DNA of 63,919 nucleotides, filler included, from Sluysia triapertura (lineage: Eukaryota), in NCBI GenBank assembly GCA_046118255.1. It is 5 parts of 5 records of this genome, joined end to end, with 100 filler letters (N's around TTAATTAATTAA, not from the genome) between each part and the next. Parts side by side here need not be neighbours in the genome. Positions count along the whole stretch, not along the records: positions 53,043 to 63,919 come from JBJNIA010192185.1; 4 more parts are not named here. One strand, 5' to 3'. Shown here in pieces: positions 63,751 through 63,919 of this stretch. Position numbers and translations under genes: made by a program. Below the pieces are notes generated by a model. It ran no database searches. It was given only the letters and a program-made list of their open reading frames with translations, and had not been told where the DNA came from. The first letter of the stretch is position 1. Each line of letters begins with the position of its first letter.

Positions 63751-63919
63751 GTTGAATCTGTTATTGAGAATTTAAGTTACTAACCATCATCATCAGTAGT
63801 GATTTGCAGGTGGTAATGCATTAAGTGTCACTACTGATGATGGTGTGATAGGTGGTTGAGATATTAGTTAATGAAGTGTTGTGATTATCGAATGTTGTTT
63901 TATGATGTTTGTGTTGGTG

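Overview
This is very AT-rich eukaryotic, most likely invertebrate animal, genomic DNA read in the standard code. It is not prokaryotic and contains no CRISPR array. The window is five sequence pieces (1-16614, 16715-27708, 27809-39849, 39950-52942, 53043-63919) joined by identical 100-bp spacers (N44-TTAATTAATTAA-N44), so adjacency across spacers is unproven. Host genes read by eye: MFSD14/HIAT1 (4 exons, 3' end missing), a D/D-domain C8orf34-like gene (4 exons), a compact 3-exon PCIF1/CAPAM-like cap N6-methyltransferase with an intact NPPF motif, one SMC3 hinge exon and the last exon of a TRABD gene. Introns are bimodal: 32-37 nt or several kb. Most of the remainder is decayed mobile DNA: a Maverick/Polinton pPolB relic, L2/CR1-type and RTE-type LINE relics, Gypsy protease/integrase debris, Tigger/Jerky and hAT relics, and piggyBac, pogo and hAT MITEs. 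There are also retrocopies (PRPS, SET, possibly BLOC1S5) and tRNA-Ala-like relics. The three most interesting signals are: (1) a three-copy, ~0.9-kb non-coding repeat family that keeps a TATA box, a series of hairpins and splice-site motifs despite heavy divergence, with one copy pointing into the PCIF1-like gene; (2) the WW-less, helical-domain-reduced PCIF1-like enzyme; (3) an intact, intronless 520-aa orphan ORF with a decayed paralog beside a DEDDh exonuclease relic, suggesting an unrecognised DNA element or endogenous virus. All homology calls come from remembered family motifs; no searches were run.
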